Shown here in pieces: positions 23,287-35,289 of a stretch of DNA of 49,446 bases. The first letter of the stretch is position 1. Every line of letters begins with the position of its first letter. A model generated the notes under the pieces. The model saw only the letters and a program-made list of their open reading frames with translations. It was not told the origin of the DNA and ran no database searches. Position numbers and translations under genes: made by a program. Source of the DNA: Girardia tigrina. Lineage: Eukaryota. Location of the stretch: positions 5,408 to 54,853 of the forward strand of contig MQRK01179368.1 of the NCBI GenBank assembly GCA_001938485.1, given 5' to 3'.

Positions 23287-24147
23287 TACTTTCAACATTA
23301 TTTATTCTTCATTTTTGTTTTATTACAAATAAGAGCCGATATATTTCTTTGACACGCAGTGTACTAAAGAAGAGTCATGGTAGACGCTTAGCTCTTAACT
23401 CTAATCCAAATTTATTATTAAATGTATCCAAAATTGATCATTCTCATCGTGAATTATTTCTGTGAAACTATTAAGGCTAATATTTGGATGCGAGAGAAAG
23501 TGGAATATATTGCTCTCGTTATAAAACAAATCTCGTTATTTTTTTACGATAATTCCAAGCGATGAAGCCAAAAGTAGTCACAAAAGGTGTTTGATGTCGA
23601 TTAAAAACTCTCTTTGTGGATTTTCAGTTCAAAGTTGTTTAATCAAGAATAGAAACAGGAAAATATTTGTATATTTTCCCAATAAAAACAGCGGAATTTT
23701 TTTGTAAGATATAATTTTAGTGATTTGATTGTGTAAGTATTAATTTTAACAAATAATTGTGATTCTTTTCGTTCTTTTGAGAGTGTACATACAAGTTTAT
23801 ACAAATTTAGAGATTTTTCATTAATGTTAAAGTACAATATAAATAACTTTCGTTAAGAATATTTTATTTTGTATTAATGAATATCTATTTACAATTTGAT
23901 AGTAAATAGTCGAATTTATATTTTTATTACACTTCTTTAATTTTATTATTTTTATCTGCTACGACTTTTGTTGTAACGCAATAAAATAATCATTGAGTAA
24001 TTTATTTTTATTAATTGGTGTTTGAATCCCATCTTTCGGGGACGTCTAAGATACAAGTGGTTCTTGTGCTTGCTAGGAAGTTCACCCATTCAGGTGATGT
24101 ACATTACTTAGTTAAAATTTTAAAAATTGTTCGAATAACTCATTATA

Positions 24148-25745
24148 CAGGGTGACGCAAAATAAACTCCAAGGTACTTTTCTATTAGATCTTTTTATCC
24201 ACCTACTTTTTATAGGTAAAGTATACATTTTTAGAATCCTGAGCGTCGCCAAATTTTGATGGTATATAAAAAAAAATCGAAAAAAACATCAAAAATTAAA
24301 AAAAAATTTTGAGACGAAAAATTTAACAACCTTTTTATTCCATAAAAGCATAACAACAATTAATTATCGAATTTAAACTTGTCCTCCATCTCTAAGAAAA
24401 CATTCATGCAAACGTCGTCTGTAGTCGGCCACAACGCGTTCACGAAGTGCGCGGTCTCCACGGATTTCATTGGCAACTCCTTCAATCGCTGCTCTCAACT
24501 CTTCGAGTGTGCTTGGACGTTGTTCGCGATGATAAATTCGACCTTTCATGTAGCCCCACAACCAATAGTCACATGCTGTAAGATCTGGCGAGTGAGGTGG
24601 CCATGTAACTGGAACAGGATGCGTCCGTGTTCTGCGACCTATCCATCGATTTGGAAACTGTTGACCCAACAATTCAAGAAAATCTCCAAGAATGTGTTGC
24701 GGAGCGCCGTCATGCTGCTCAATGAGAGAATTGAAATTCGGCCAAGCTTGAAGCTCTGGAATAACATGCTCTTGATACAATTCAGTCATCCAACGACCAT
24801 TGATTCGGCGCTCATTTCCTTGTCACTCCCAAAAATGGGCCAACAACACCTTCGACACCAATTCCCATCCAAATTGTCAATTTTTGAGGATGAAGTCGCG
24901 AACATCAAACCAATGAGGATTTTCATCGGCCCACATGATCCAGTCTTGACGATTGACGCTTCCGTCCAAAGGAAAGTGAGCTTCATCCGTAAAAAGAAGA
25001 TTGTTGAGTCTGTTTTCATCTTCATCCAATCGATCCAATTCGGTTCGAGCAAACTCAATTCGAGCGGCATAGTCGGTCTCCTCCAAGGCATGAGCCATTT
25101 GCAAATGATAGGGACGCATCTGTAAGTCTTCTTTCAAAATTCGCTGCAAGCTTCTTTGTGACATACGAACTGTTCCGTGATCGTCTTCTTCGCTGTCAGT
25201 GTCACCAGTTGAAACAAATGGATTGCGTCGAGTTGATAGATGAGGATTTGCGGTAAAGTCTTCACGGACGTCTTCAATGGCTTCTTTGGTGCGAACACGT
25301 TTTGGCTTGTTCTTTCTGCGCTTTCCATGGACACTTCCAGTCGCTCGAAAATCGTCAATCCATTTTACAATGACTCTTTTTTCTGGAATCTTTGCTCGAC
25401 CATTTCGTGTTTCACTTCGGAATCGAGTTTTGAGCTGCGCATAATCATAGGCTTCCTCAACAAGCATCAAAACGAGATGAGCTTTTTGCTGTTCCGTATA
25501 CGTCATTTGAATCAAATTTTAGGGTAAAACTTTCTAAGATCATTTAAAAAAACGCATGTTAAATTTTTCGTCTCAAATTTTTTTTTAATTTTTGATGTTT
25601 TTTTATGTTTTTTTTTGATTTTTTTATATATCATCAGAATTTGGCGACGCTCAGGATTCTAAAAATGTATACTTTACCTATAAAAAAGTGGGTGGATAAA
25701 AAGATCCAATAGAAAAAGTACATTGGAGTTTATTTTGCGTCACCT

Positions 25746-25747
<2 letters not shown>
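24148..25747 (-). mobile_element. Long-TIR rosa/DD41D-like Tc1/mariner element; transposase about 25503-24373 with two frameshifts and a stop; DD46D spacing
   Basis: About 180-190 bp TIRs starting CAGGGTGACGCAAAATAAACTCC; TA TSD; motifs LFTDEAHF, NPHW, QHDGAPQH, FPNRWIGR and WPPHSPDLTACDYWLWGYMK. Confidence 0.92.
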
Positions 25748-25788
<41 letters not shown>

Positions 25789-25891
25789 AGAAAGAAAGTG
25801 AAAATTAATTTGATATCAATTTAAAATATAGAACTAAAAAGTTTAAAGAATAATATGCAGTTGAATGAATTATTTGAAACTCTTCCATCTA

Positions 25892-27091
25892 TTAGGTTGG
25901 TCGAAAAATAATGGCGGTTTTGGGACACAAACTTCAAAGACGTGCAAATTCACAGAAACAAAAGTTTATTAATCAAAGTATGAACCGTTGGCATCAATAC
26001 ATTTTTGCCAACGAGAAACAAGTTGTTTTAGTCCATCAGCATAAAATGCATCGGTTCTCGAAGCGACGAATTCTTGGAAGGCATTTTGAACATCATTTTG
26101 ATTTTTGAATTTTTTTTCACGTAGGAAGTTGTACAAATGCCTGAAAAAGTAGAAGTCTGTTGGCGAGAGGTTTAGTGAATATGGCGGATGAAGCAGGGTT
26201 TCATAACCCAACTCATTAAGCTTTTGAAGAGTCACTTTTGAAATATGAGGTCTAGCGTTATCATGCAGAAGGATGGGACTTTTTCGATTGACCAATCCCG
26301 GACAAAGAGTTTTCAATTTTTTATGCATTTCATCAATTTCATGACAGTACCTCTCCGCTGTGATTGTTTCACCTGCATTCAAGAANNNNNNNNNNNNNNN
26401 NNNNNNNNNNNNNNNNNNNNNNNNNNNNNNNNNNNNNNNNNNNNNNNNNNNNNNNNNNNNNNNNNNNNNNNNNNNNNNNNNNNNNNNNNNNNNNNNNNNN
26501 NNNNNNNNNNNNNNNNNNNNNNNNNNNNNNNNNNNNNNNNNNNNNNNNNNNNNNNNNNNNNNNNNNNNNNNNNNNNNNNNNNNNNNNNNNNNNNNNNNNN
26601 NNNNNNNNNNNNNNNNNNNNNNNNNNNNNNNNNNNNNNNNNNNNNNNNNNNNNNNNNNNNNNNNNNNNNNNNNNNNNNNNNNNNNNNNNNNNNNNNNNNN
26701 NNNNNNNNNNNNNNNNNNNNNNNNNNNNNNNNNNNNNNNNNNNNNNNNNNNNNNNNNNNNNNNNNNNNNNNNNNNNNNNNNNNNNNNNNNNNNNNNNNNN
26801 NNNNNNNNNNNNNNNNNNNNNNNNNNNNNNNNNNNNNNNNNNNNNNNNNNNNNNNNNNNNNNNNNNNNNNNNNNNNNNNNNNNNNNNNNNNNNNNNNNNN
26901 NNNNNNNNNNNNNNNNNNNNNNNNNNNNNNNNNNNNNACAGCAATATGTTAATAATGGCTATAGGAATATACAGCTAGGCATAAGATTTCAAATAATATC
27001 TAACACTAATGCATTTGAACTTATATACATATCAAAGTAGATAAACAAAGTATAAAACTCAAAAACCGCCATTATTTTTCTACCAACCTAA
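25892..27091 (-). mobile_element. Mariner (cecropia/Hsmar1-like, DD34D); middle hidden by an N-gap
   Basis: 30-bp TIRs TTAGGTTGGT(C)GAAAAATAATGGCGGTTTT; TA TSD; LLHDNARPH..HPPYSLNLSPTDF..WQKCIDANGSYFD. Confidence 0.92.
26386..26937. other. Assembly gap; other N-runs at 4164-4280, 32521-32621, 34049-34131 and 41134-41329
   Basis: Runs of N. Confidence 0.99.
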
Positions 27092-27710
27092 TATAAACGG
27101 ATCTTTTTGAGAATCGTAAAGTTTAAATCAGTTTTGTCTTCTTAGACATATTTGTCATTTACCTGATACAAAAACCAAAGAAAGATAAAAATATTAAGTG
27201 ACAGTTTTCAGTTTTCATCTACAAAGAAAGTTTACTTTTTATAAATTAATTGGGTCATATGACCGATGTCAACCAAAAATGTTACATTTTACCAACTTGG
27301 CGGCAGTAAAAGTCATGTCCTTACAAATTAAATTGAATTGAATATTTTTAAAGATTGGAATTTTTACTTATCGTCAAAAAGGGACTTTTTTTAAAAAAAT
27401 AACTATTGTAAAGGAATTTTATATTTTTTTAAAATTACACGACAGACTAGAATTGGTTCATAATTTAAGTGCCTCAATGCTAACGCGGTCAAATGCCTCC
27501 TTGAGAGTAATTCACAGGTCATTAATATTTGTACACAATAAATAGATTAAACAAACTTTTAAATGTCAAATCGAACGAAAGTTTCAATATTTACAAAACT
27601 TAGTTCAAGTCAAATTTTTTAGTTGTTTGATAACTTTTTCCGAAATATATTATTGTGAGAGATATTATTTTTAATATTATTTTTATTGTTCATATAATAT
27701 ATCATATATA

Positions 27711-29019
27711 CAGGGTGCGCCAAAAAATCGACAACTTTAAATTTGACAATTATTTTGTTTTCCGTTCAACAAAATTTATTCAAAACATAACAATATCAAC
27801 AAAAACGGTGTATACAACTAATATGTTTTCAAAATGGCCGCCATTGGCATTAATACACTTTTGCAATCACTTCGGGAATTCATCAATCGCCTTCTGAATC
27901 ATCTTCAACGGAAATTTATCCCATGCCTTCTTCAGACTCTTTTTCAACGACTGTATGGACTGGCTCGGTTTTGAACACGCTCTTTCCTCCAGCCAACTCC
28001 AAATGCTGTAGTCCATCACGTTCAAATCTGGGTGACATGGAGGCCATTCACCATTGGCTCTTTGTGGACTAATGTCAACAGAAAGGAAGTCTGGGTAATT
28101 TGCTTCGATCAACTCCTGGGTTTCAACAGCCTTGTTGGACGGGGCACAATCTTGCTGGAATGTCCAGTGCTCGTCTCCAAACGCCTTTCTTGCCCACGGA
28201 AAAATTTTATCTTTCAACACTTCTCGATACACCCGACCATCAACTTTGACACCTTCGGCAATGAACTCAAGAGGTGTCTTGCCCTTTGACCAATGGATCC
28301 CGGCCCAAACAATGATTTGCTTCGGCTTTCGCTGGCGGGAGATGATGCGCTGCTCCAGTTGGAGGGGCTCAACTGACCAATCGCGATAGTTTGGGAGTTG
28401 AAGCTTTGTTCGTCTTTGAACAACTTTTCATCGGTGAAGAGGATTCAGTGATGACTTCCGGCCGCGAATCTTCTTTTTAACCTTTTGCATCGATCCAGGC
28501 TTTTTTGTTTAGCATTTTGGTTCAAAAACTGCCCCTTAGCCTTTTTTCTTGACTTCATTCCAAGGTCTTTGTGAAGGATGTTCCGGACTAATCCATTTGA
28601 TATTCCCAATGCCTTACCAATCTCTCTGGTTGAGTTCTTGCGGATGTTTGAGCTTTGCTTGATTCTTCCCATGATGCTACGCACTTTGGCTTTCGTTCTC
28701 GCCGTTCTGGGTCGTCCACTTCCAGGTCTACGCTCATTTACACTAGTTTCATTGAATCGGGAAATTATATCATGAACTGTGGTTTTTGGTACACCTAGCG
28801 ATTCAACAATTTGGCACTGGGATTTTCTTTGTAGATGATACTTTATAATTGCTTTCCTGTATTCAGACATGCTAAAAACAAATACAATAAATTGATATGT
28901 ATAAATTTATTTAAAGTGACAAAAAAATACAATGTGTAAAAACCAAAATACAAAAATACAATGTGAAAAAAGCAAAATAATTGTCAAATTTAAAGTGGTC
29001 GGTTTTTTTGCGCACCCTG
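27711..29019 (-). mobile_element. maT/DD37D-like Tc1/mariner element, full length but with stops and frameshifts; DD45D spacing
   Basis: About 45-bp TIRs CAGGGTGCGC(C/A)AAAAAA; TA TSD; ATG 28870; motifs GSGRPRTART, ILFTDEKLF, WTFQQDCAP and WPPCHPDLNVMDYSIWS. Confidence 0.92.
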
Positions 29020-29914
29020 TATATATAATATTATTATTATTACAAAAAAGTTATTCGTCCTATTATTATAATATATATTACTCCTATTACTTATGTTGTA
29101 GAAAAGAATTCAAATAAAGTAAATTTATCTAAAAAATTCTTTTTTATTAAAAAATAAATTTTTTAATAGAAATTTAGAAATATATAATAAAATTATGTAA
29201 TATATGAGACTTGAATAACAGAAGGAGACAAAGGAAGTAATACAAATAGATCACGAGAAATAAAAAGGTGATGAGAGGAATAATATCAATGAAGAAGTTA
29301 CTTTATGTAAATACGTCTTAAGGAAACCAGTCACCTGTAGTTGGCGGAATTGTACTAATGAATTGTTAAAATGAGGTAATTAAATTGAACTATGAACTTG
29401 TATATCTAAATAAATAGAATTGTAAGAATGTGGTAATTAAATGAATTTGCATGGATAGTCAAATCGAATCGTCAAAATGTAGCTATTGAATTCAGGAATA
29501 AATTTGTACGAATCATCAAATTATCTTGATTAATATAGGTTTGGATAGTATCACGGATAATCTCTTCGGGTTCTATTTTTTTCGTTTCTAACAGTTTCTA
29601 ATTATTTATATTGATTTTTTTAATATTTTTTATTTAAAATTATTAATATTAATTATTGTATAGACTAGAGCAGGGTCTCCAAACTTTTTTCAATGCGGGC
29701 CGGATAGAACATTTGAAGATAATCCCTCAAGCCAGATATATAAATTATAGTATTGAAAACACATAATCAGTGAATGTTCAGATAAATGAAAAGTTTATTA
29801 ATAATATGGAGATAACACCCAGAGTTTCATCTGCGTAACGCTCAAAGTTTGCTGGGACCATTTTTTTTCTTGTTTTTGCATGGCTAAATTTTAACATTTT
29901 TTTATCAATACATA

Positions 29915-30026
29915 ATAATAATAACTCCGGCTAATATGAAATTATAAGCTCAAAATAAGCAGCGTCTGCGGAACTACTATATATAAAATTCAGCTCTTCC
30001 GTCATTTATGACGGGTCTTTTTCTTG
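29915..30026 (+). mobile_element. Helitron-like 3' fragment (family of 9698-10777)
   Basis: CCGTCATTTATGACGGGTCTTTTTCTTG|T; upstream sequence matches 10545-10610. Confidence 0.65.
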
Positions 30027-30124
30027 TTAATAATATGAACATATATAATTATAGTTATAATTACATTATAGTGAAAATTCTGAAAATATTTTCAAAACAA
30101 TACCATTAAATTCCATTTAATAAT

Positions 30125-30858
30125 TGTTAGGAACATTGTTGAGGTCATAAAATTTTCGAATTTAAAATCTAATCAATTTAATATTTATTATTTATTTAAA
30201 TAAAAAACAAATCAAAAATCGTATTAATTCATTTATTAATAAAGTAAATTTTAATTCTTTATGAAATGTAAAATTTAATATTTGGAAAATAAACTAAAAA
30301 TTATTTTTTAACTTTTATTTAAACATAAAACAAATCAAAAGTCATATTAATCCATAAATTTTAAATTAAAATATAATTGTTTTAAGACAAAATGAAAATA
30401 TAACTTTCATTAAAAAACATTAAATGAAAACAACTGAGAATATAATTATATTTTATTTAAAAAAGGCTAATTTAAAAGTTATTAAGTTAAACTAAAATTG
30501 TGATTTTGTTTTTATTGTAAAACGTTATTTTATCAAAATCTAAATATAATTTTAGAACAATTACATTGAAGTAAATGAAAATGCGATTTTAACTTTATTT
30601 TTTTGGAAATGTGATTCTATAGAAAGGTAAATGTAATTGAGAAATGGTTAAATTTAAATATAAAATAAAATAGCAATTTTATAAAAGATTCAACAACATT
30701 TTTGTGCCAAATTTTAATAAAATAACTTTGTAATTTTAACAAAAAAACGAGTATGAAATTTAAATTCTTAATAAATAAATGGTTTGTGTGCGAAATTTCC
30801 TCGGAAATATTTGTTTAAAAAGCTTTATTTGTGATAGAAGTAAACTTTAGTGACATGA
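30125..30858 (+). repeat. AT-rich dispersed repeat, copy C (diverged)
   Basis: Colinear blocks shared with 3961-4010 and 6461-7356, e.g. TTCCTC(A/G)GAAATATTTGTTTAAAAA. Confidence 0.65.
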
Positions 30859-31329
30859 GTTTAACTTTTGAGATTATTTGAGATTTTTTAACTTTTTTTG
30901 AGTTTAACTCCGAACTCAATAATAATTATTTTTTGAAAAAAATTGGACGATAATAATAATAAAATTATTTTTTATATTTATTAAAAATTTATTAGCTTTA
31001 AATTATTGAAAATCGTTATTTGATTTTTTTATTCAATGTAAGTTGTCTACATTTGTGGAATTGTGTCTAGTTTGGAGACACCTGGACTAGAGGAATATGA
31101 TTGCCTAACTAAAAAAGCATGAATATATGAATATTTTTAATATATTATTATGTTTTAAGGTACTACAACTTAATATTCATAATATACTTACCTCAAAATA
31201 TTTAACGGGAATATAATGGCGAATTTATAAAAAAAATTTATTTGGACTGATTTCATATGAATCAAAAGTATTTTTGTATACAAACCTCAATATATCATAA
31301 ACCTCTTCAATTAACACATTATTAGCTTG

Positions 31330-32286
31330 TAATTTAAAACCCACTTTTAGTCTCTCTAGACACGCAGCATCATTTTTGGCTTCGGTGTTGACGTAGAAGT
31401 TGTTGGCAACTATAAACCGGGTATATCGTAATAATTCTTCTTCTGGGGGTTACTGTGGAATACACATTACTCATCTCCAATCACAATCCGGTGTAAAACT
31501 CATTTTTTCTTGACATTGAATCGACTATACGCAAGTGAAAAATCGGCTTTCATTGTCTTTCTGTATCATTTCATATGACATCATACTATATTGCTTGTGA
31601 CACGTTTCCATGTATTTCAATTATATGAAAACGATTCTTGCTGAACTTCTAATAATTGTACAAACACTTCTTGCGCCTAACTCGAATCTTTATTGAAAAG
31701 TACATCTGAATCCTTTTCATTAAATTAGTTTGTTGTTCAAAGTGAGGCTTGTCTTCATCGCTGAAATGTCATATCCCTATGGATAATCAGTTGAAGCATG
31801 GCCATAACTAACGTTTACAATCATTTAATACATTTCAGCTGCACTTTTCTTTAAATTACCGTATTTTTCCGTGTATAAAACCTCTTTTTTGTCAAAATTT
31901 AACGCAAATTTTCAAAATATAGTAAATATTTGAAATATTTCTTCAACACAAAAGATTTTAATTTATTTTCTGGAATTAATTAAGGTACTTTTTTGAACTT
32001 TTTTCCAAAAATACACACTCCAAAATAAGGGAGATCTTATACACGAAAAAATGCGATAAATCAGAAAACTAAGAAACCGTGAATACTGCTTAATTAACAT
32101 ATTTGTAATATATTAAATTTTATATATTAAATACAGTAAAGAAAGAGGAGTTCAATTTCAAACCTAAAGCGATATATATGATTAAATATTTTGTATTGAA
32201 GAACAGAAATAAGCTGTCGTTATGAAGCATTTATAGCTGATTATGCCATGTGTTGAAAGCGTACTGAACTAATTTGAACTCCTTAT
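31330..32286 (-). mobile_element. Degenerate mariner (mauritiana-like) 5' part, interrupted by a MITE
   Basis: NLKKSAAE, LHRIVIGDE..HSNPQKK and STPKPKMML peptides; candidate TIR near 32260-32286. Confidence 0.7.
31859..32056. mobile_element. Tc2/pogo-like MITE
   Basis: TA|CCGTATTTTTCCGTGTATAA ... TTATACACGAAAAAATGCGA|TA. Confidence 0.75.
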
Positions 32287-33059
32287 ATTATTATTATTAT
32301 TAATATGGGTTATTTATTAAAATAAACTTCGAATAGACGCTTCTCTTATTCTAATAAACACTTAATATCAAAAATTGAAGTTAAAAAACTGTGTAGATTA
32401 TTATTGTAAGTAGCGTTTATGCCACTTTCATTATTATCACATTCTAAAGTCATAATTTAACACCACAAAAATTTATTTAGCTTATTCTATAACTTTTATT
32501 AAAATATGTTAATTGTTATTNNNNNNNNNNNNNNNNNNNNNNNNNNNNNNNNNNNNNNNNNNNNNNNNNNNNNNNNNNNNNNNNNNNNNNNNNNNNNNNN
32601 NATATATATATATATATATATATATATAACTAATATTTGTAACTAATGACTAATATATTCAATCAAGTATCATGTAAATCATGTTTGATTTATATTCAAA
32701 CGGAACAATTTGACAAAATTGAAACATAAAAGTCGGCGAAATTGTAAATAATGTTTCGTTTAACTGTTTTGGTAAGCAAATTATTTTATATATTAATTTA
32801 TTTTGTCAGTAGAAGAACGAAAGTGAAACATTTCCGAATTTATGTAAATCGGAGACTTGAACCATTCTTTAAATCTCATCATAACATATTTTAAATATAT
32901 AATTCAGATAAGTTAAAGAAAAAGAGTTCTTTCAACAATTCATTTGTCGTGAGATAGTAATAAAAAGGTTTCAAAAATGAAAATAAAAAAAGAAATAATA
33001 AAATTTTCAAAAAAATAAAAAATGATGGCAACTTATTTTGAAAAAAACAAAAATACGCC

Positions 33060-33340
33060 ATTTGTTAAATAGACATTTATTTTTCATGACAATTAATTTC
33101 GACGGTATAACCGTCATCGTCAGGTCTCAAGAAAAAAAGTGATTTTTAAATTAGCTTATATAGGCAAGCAGTGATTATGTCATCAATGGATTATTATGCC
33201 ATCTAAACACGCTCAATAGGGTTTTCGAGAGACCCGTTTGCACATTAATCTTATGATCTAAAGATCTGATATAAAGTGCTTCACAGGCCACCCTCTCCCA
33301 ATAGTTTTTAAAACGAGTACACAGAATTTTAAAATCTTTT
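33060..33340 (-). mobile_element. 5'-truncated Penelope-like element (GIY-YIG C-terminus plus terminal repeat)
   Basis: DFKILCTRFKNYWERVACEALYIRSLDHKINVQ, then a hammerhead motif. Confidence 0.85.
33080..33134 (-). ncRNA. Minimal type I hammerhead ribozyme (one stem I mismatch)
   Basis: TTGAGAC-CTGACGA-T-GACGGTTATACCGTC-GAAA-TTAATT|GTCATGA. Confidence 0.72.
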
Positions 33341-33499
33341 CCTAAAGTTTTAAGTTTTTTGTTCTGTGTCTCAATTTTGTTACGAAAGATTTTATTTGCG
33401 TGATAATTAGAGACAATATTACACCAATGAAAACACAAATCACTACTTACATTATACAGTGCAGATCTAACAATAGTTATTCGTTTCACAATTTCTTTT

Positions 33500-33715
33500 C
33501 TTTAAATCAGATCTTTAGATCCTAAGATTAATGTGCAAACGGGTCTCTCGAAGTCCCTATTGAGCGTGTTTAGATGACATAACAATCCATTAATGACACA
33601 ATCACTGTTTGTATATATAAGCAGATTTAAAATTCATTTTTTTCTTGAGACCTGACGATGACGGTTATACCGTCGAAATTAATTGTCTTGAAAAATAAAT
33701 GTCTATTTAACAAAT
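33500..33715 (+). mobile_element. 5'-truncated Penelope-like terminal repeat, inverted relative to 33060-33276
   Basis: Reverse complement of 33060-33276 with scattered substitutions. Confidence 0.85.
33641..33695 (+). ncRNA. Minimal type I hammerhead ribozyme; predicted cleavage after AUU (33684/33685)
   Basis: Stem I TTGAGAC/GTCTTGA; core CTGACGA(+T); stem II GACGGT-TAT-ACCGTC; GAAA; palindromic stem III ATTAAT. Confidence 0.8.
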
Positions 33716-33884
33716 TAAATTTTCATGTCTTTTTTGCGACCTTGACGGAAACATAAATCTGACGGCGTTTCAAATGTTATCATCTGATTCATATTGCACC
33801 ATAAAATAATAAAAAATATATAAAATCTAATAGGACCCTTAGAGTTTCATCAAACGCTCATTGTGAGTTTGAAGTCCTCAAACA

Positions 33885-34245
33885 TCTTATCTTATAAAAG
33901 CCCAAGTCACTCACTGCCTGCCTCACTGGCTCACTAACGCTGTAAGGTAAATTTTTGAAATGATTTTATAATCAATAAAGAAATGATTGTATATTAATAA
34001 ATAAATATTAGACTGATATTAGAATGAATGCGATTTTTGTAACCGTAANNNNNNNNNNNNNNNNNNNNNNNNNNNNNNNNNNNNNNNNNNNNNNNNNNNN
34101 NNNNNNNNNNNNNNNNNNNNNNNNNNNNNNNTTATACTCGAAACACTGAAATTTTCAATAAAAATGCTTTCAGAAAAAAGTCGCGTGATCTAATAACATT
34201 GAACCCCCGGCAAGAGAGGGCCGCGAAGCGGGCCGAGCGCGCTAG
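33885..34245 (+). mobile_element. Non-autonomous Helitron (spans an N-gap)
   Basis: A|TCTTATCTTATAAAAG start, (TCAC/CTGC)-type short repeats, GC-rich 3' hairpin GGCCGCGAAGCGGGCC, and CTAG|T end. Confidence 0.8.
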
Positions 34246-35289
34246 TTTAATATATTTTACTATTAAAATTGTAAACACTTCTGAAGCAAATATGTTAATA
34301 TTAATTTTTATCCAGGAAAAGTTAATTAAAGATATCTAAGGAAATTACAGGTTTGGCTCAAAAGTTTCTGACGAAATTTCAAGAACAAATGAATATCAAC
34401 AAAGTATTTAATCATCAACGTCACATAGGTTTTCAAAATATTCACCATCATGCTCAATGCATCGTTGCCACCTTCCCGGTAACTTTTCGATGCCATTATG
34501 GAAGAATTACAGCGGTTTTGAGTCAGCCAATTGTTGAATATCGGATTTTATTGGTCGAAAAAGGTAATAATCCGAGGGGCCAAGTCTGGCGAGTATGGTG
34601 GATGTTCAAGAATGTTGAGACGAAGCTGAGTAATCTTCTCTTGTGTGATGGTAGCCGTATGGGGCTACATATGGTATCCCCAAGTTGCACAAATAGCGCT
34701 TTCCTATTTGAATTAATCGTCTTCTCACAGTCTCCTTGTCCCTCCCAATGCACTCAGTAATTTTCCTTGTTCTAGCTCGCGGATCTTCTTTGAGAACAGT
34801 TAGTATCTTCTCTTCCAAATTGTATGACGGCCGTCCACTGCGTGGTTCATCCTCACAGATAAAGTTTCCACTATTGAATTTTGCTACCTAGTTGGAGCAT
34901 GTTCTGAGGCAAATTGTACCTTCACCAAGGATGCAGTTGATTTCTTTATGATTATTGGCAGTTGACAGTCCTCTCTTCGAGTTGTAATAAATGATTTTTC
35001 TAATATATTCTCGAGAAAACTGCATTTTCAGTACGAATACTGTTGAGATCCTGAAATTAAATATATTAAAATCATACTTATAAAAATCTTTCACCCTTGC
35101 ATAATGTGCCCTATAAAGAAAAAAAATAAAACAAAATATATAATAATTATAAAACGAAATTTTTTGTGATGTCTCATCCATTTCTAGCTTCCAGTTGTTT
35201 GAGCTAGCGCTCAGGGGCGCGAGGAAGTTATTAGGGATATAAAATCATTAAATCAAAAATATTTAAAAATATAAAAATAAATTTAGTAA

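Larger units (their letters stand above)
29671..31084. mobile_element. Non-autonomous hAT (Charlie/Buster-type) carrying nested Helitron and AT-rich repeat fragments
   Basis: TIRs CAGGG-TCTCCAAACT / AGTTTGGAGACACCTG; perfect 8-bp TSD GACTAGAG. Confidence 0.88.

Noticed and set aside
24015-24110. B-box-like GGTGTTTGAATCCC (also GGGTTCGAGC near 18083) as tRNA or SINE
   Set aside because: No A-box or cloverleaf could be built.
24379-25125. 248-aa plus-strand ORF, the longest in the track
   Set aside because: Antisense shadow of the minus-strand transposase; no recognisable motifs.
26245-27040. Long ORFs spanning X runs
   Set aside because: Artefacts of the N-gap; the same applies at 4114-4358 and 41085-41348.
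29196-29595. Possible solo LTR starting TGTAA (similar candidate at about 17400-17700)
   Set aside because: No matching terminal CA with TSD, and no second copy in the window.
33175-33489. 104-aa ORF as a gene
   Set aside because: Chance fusion of spacer sequence with a truncated Penelope endonuclease C-terminus.
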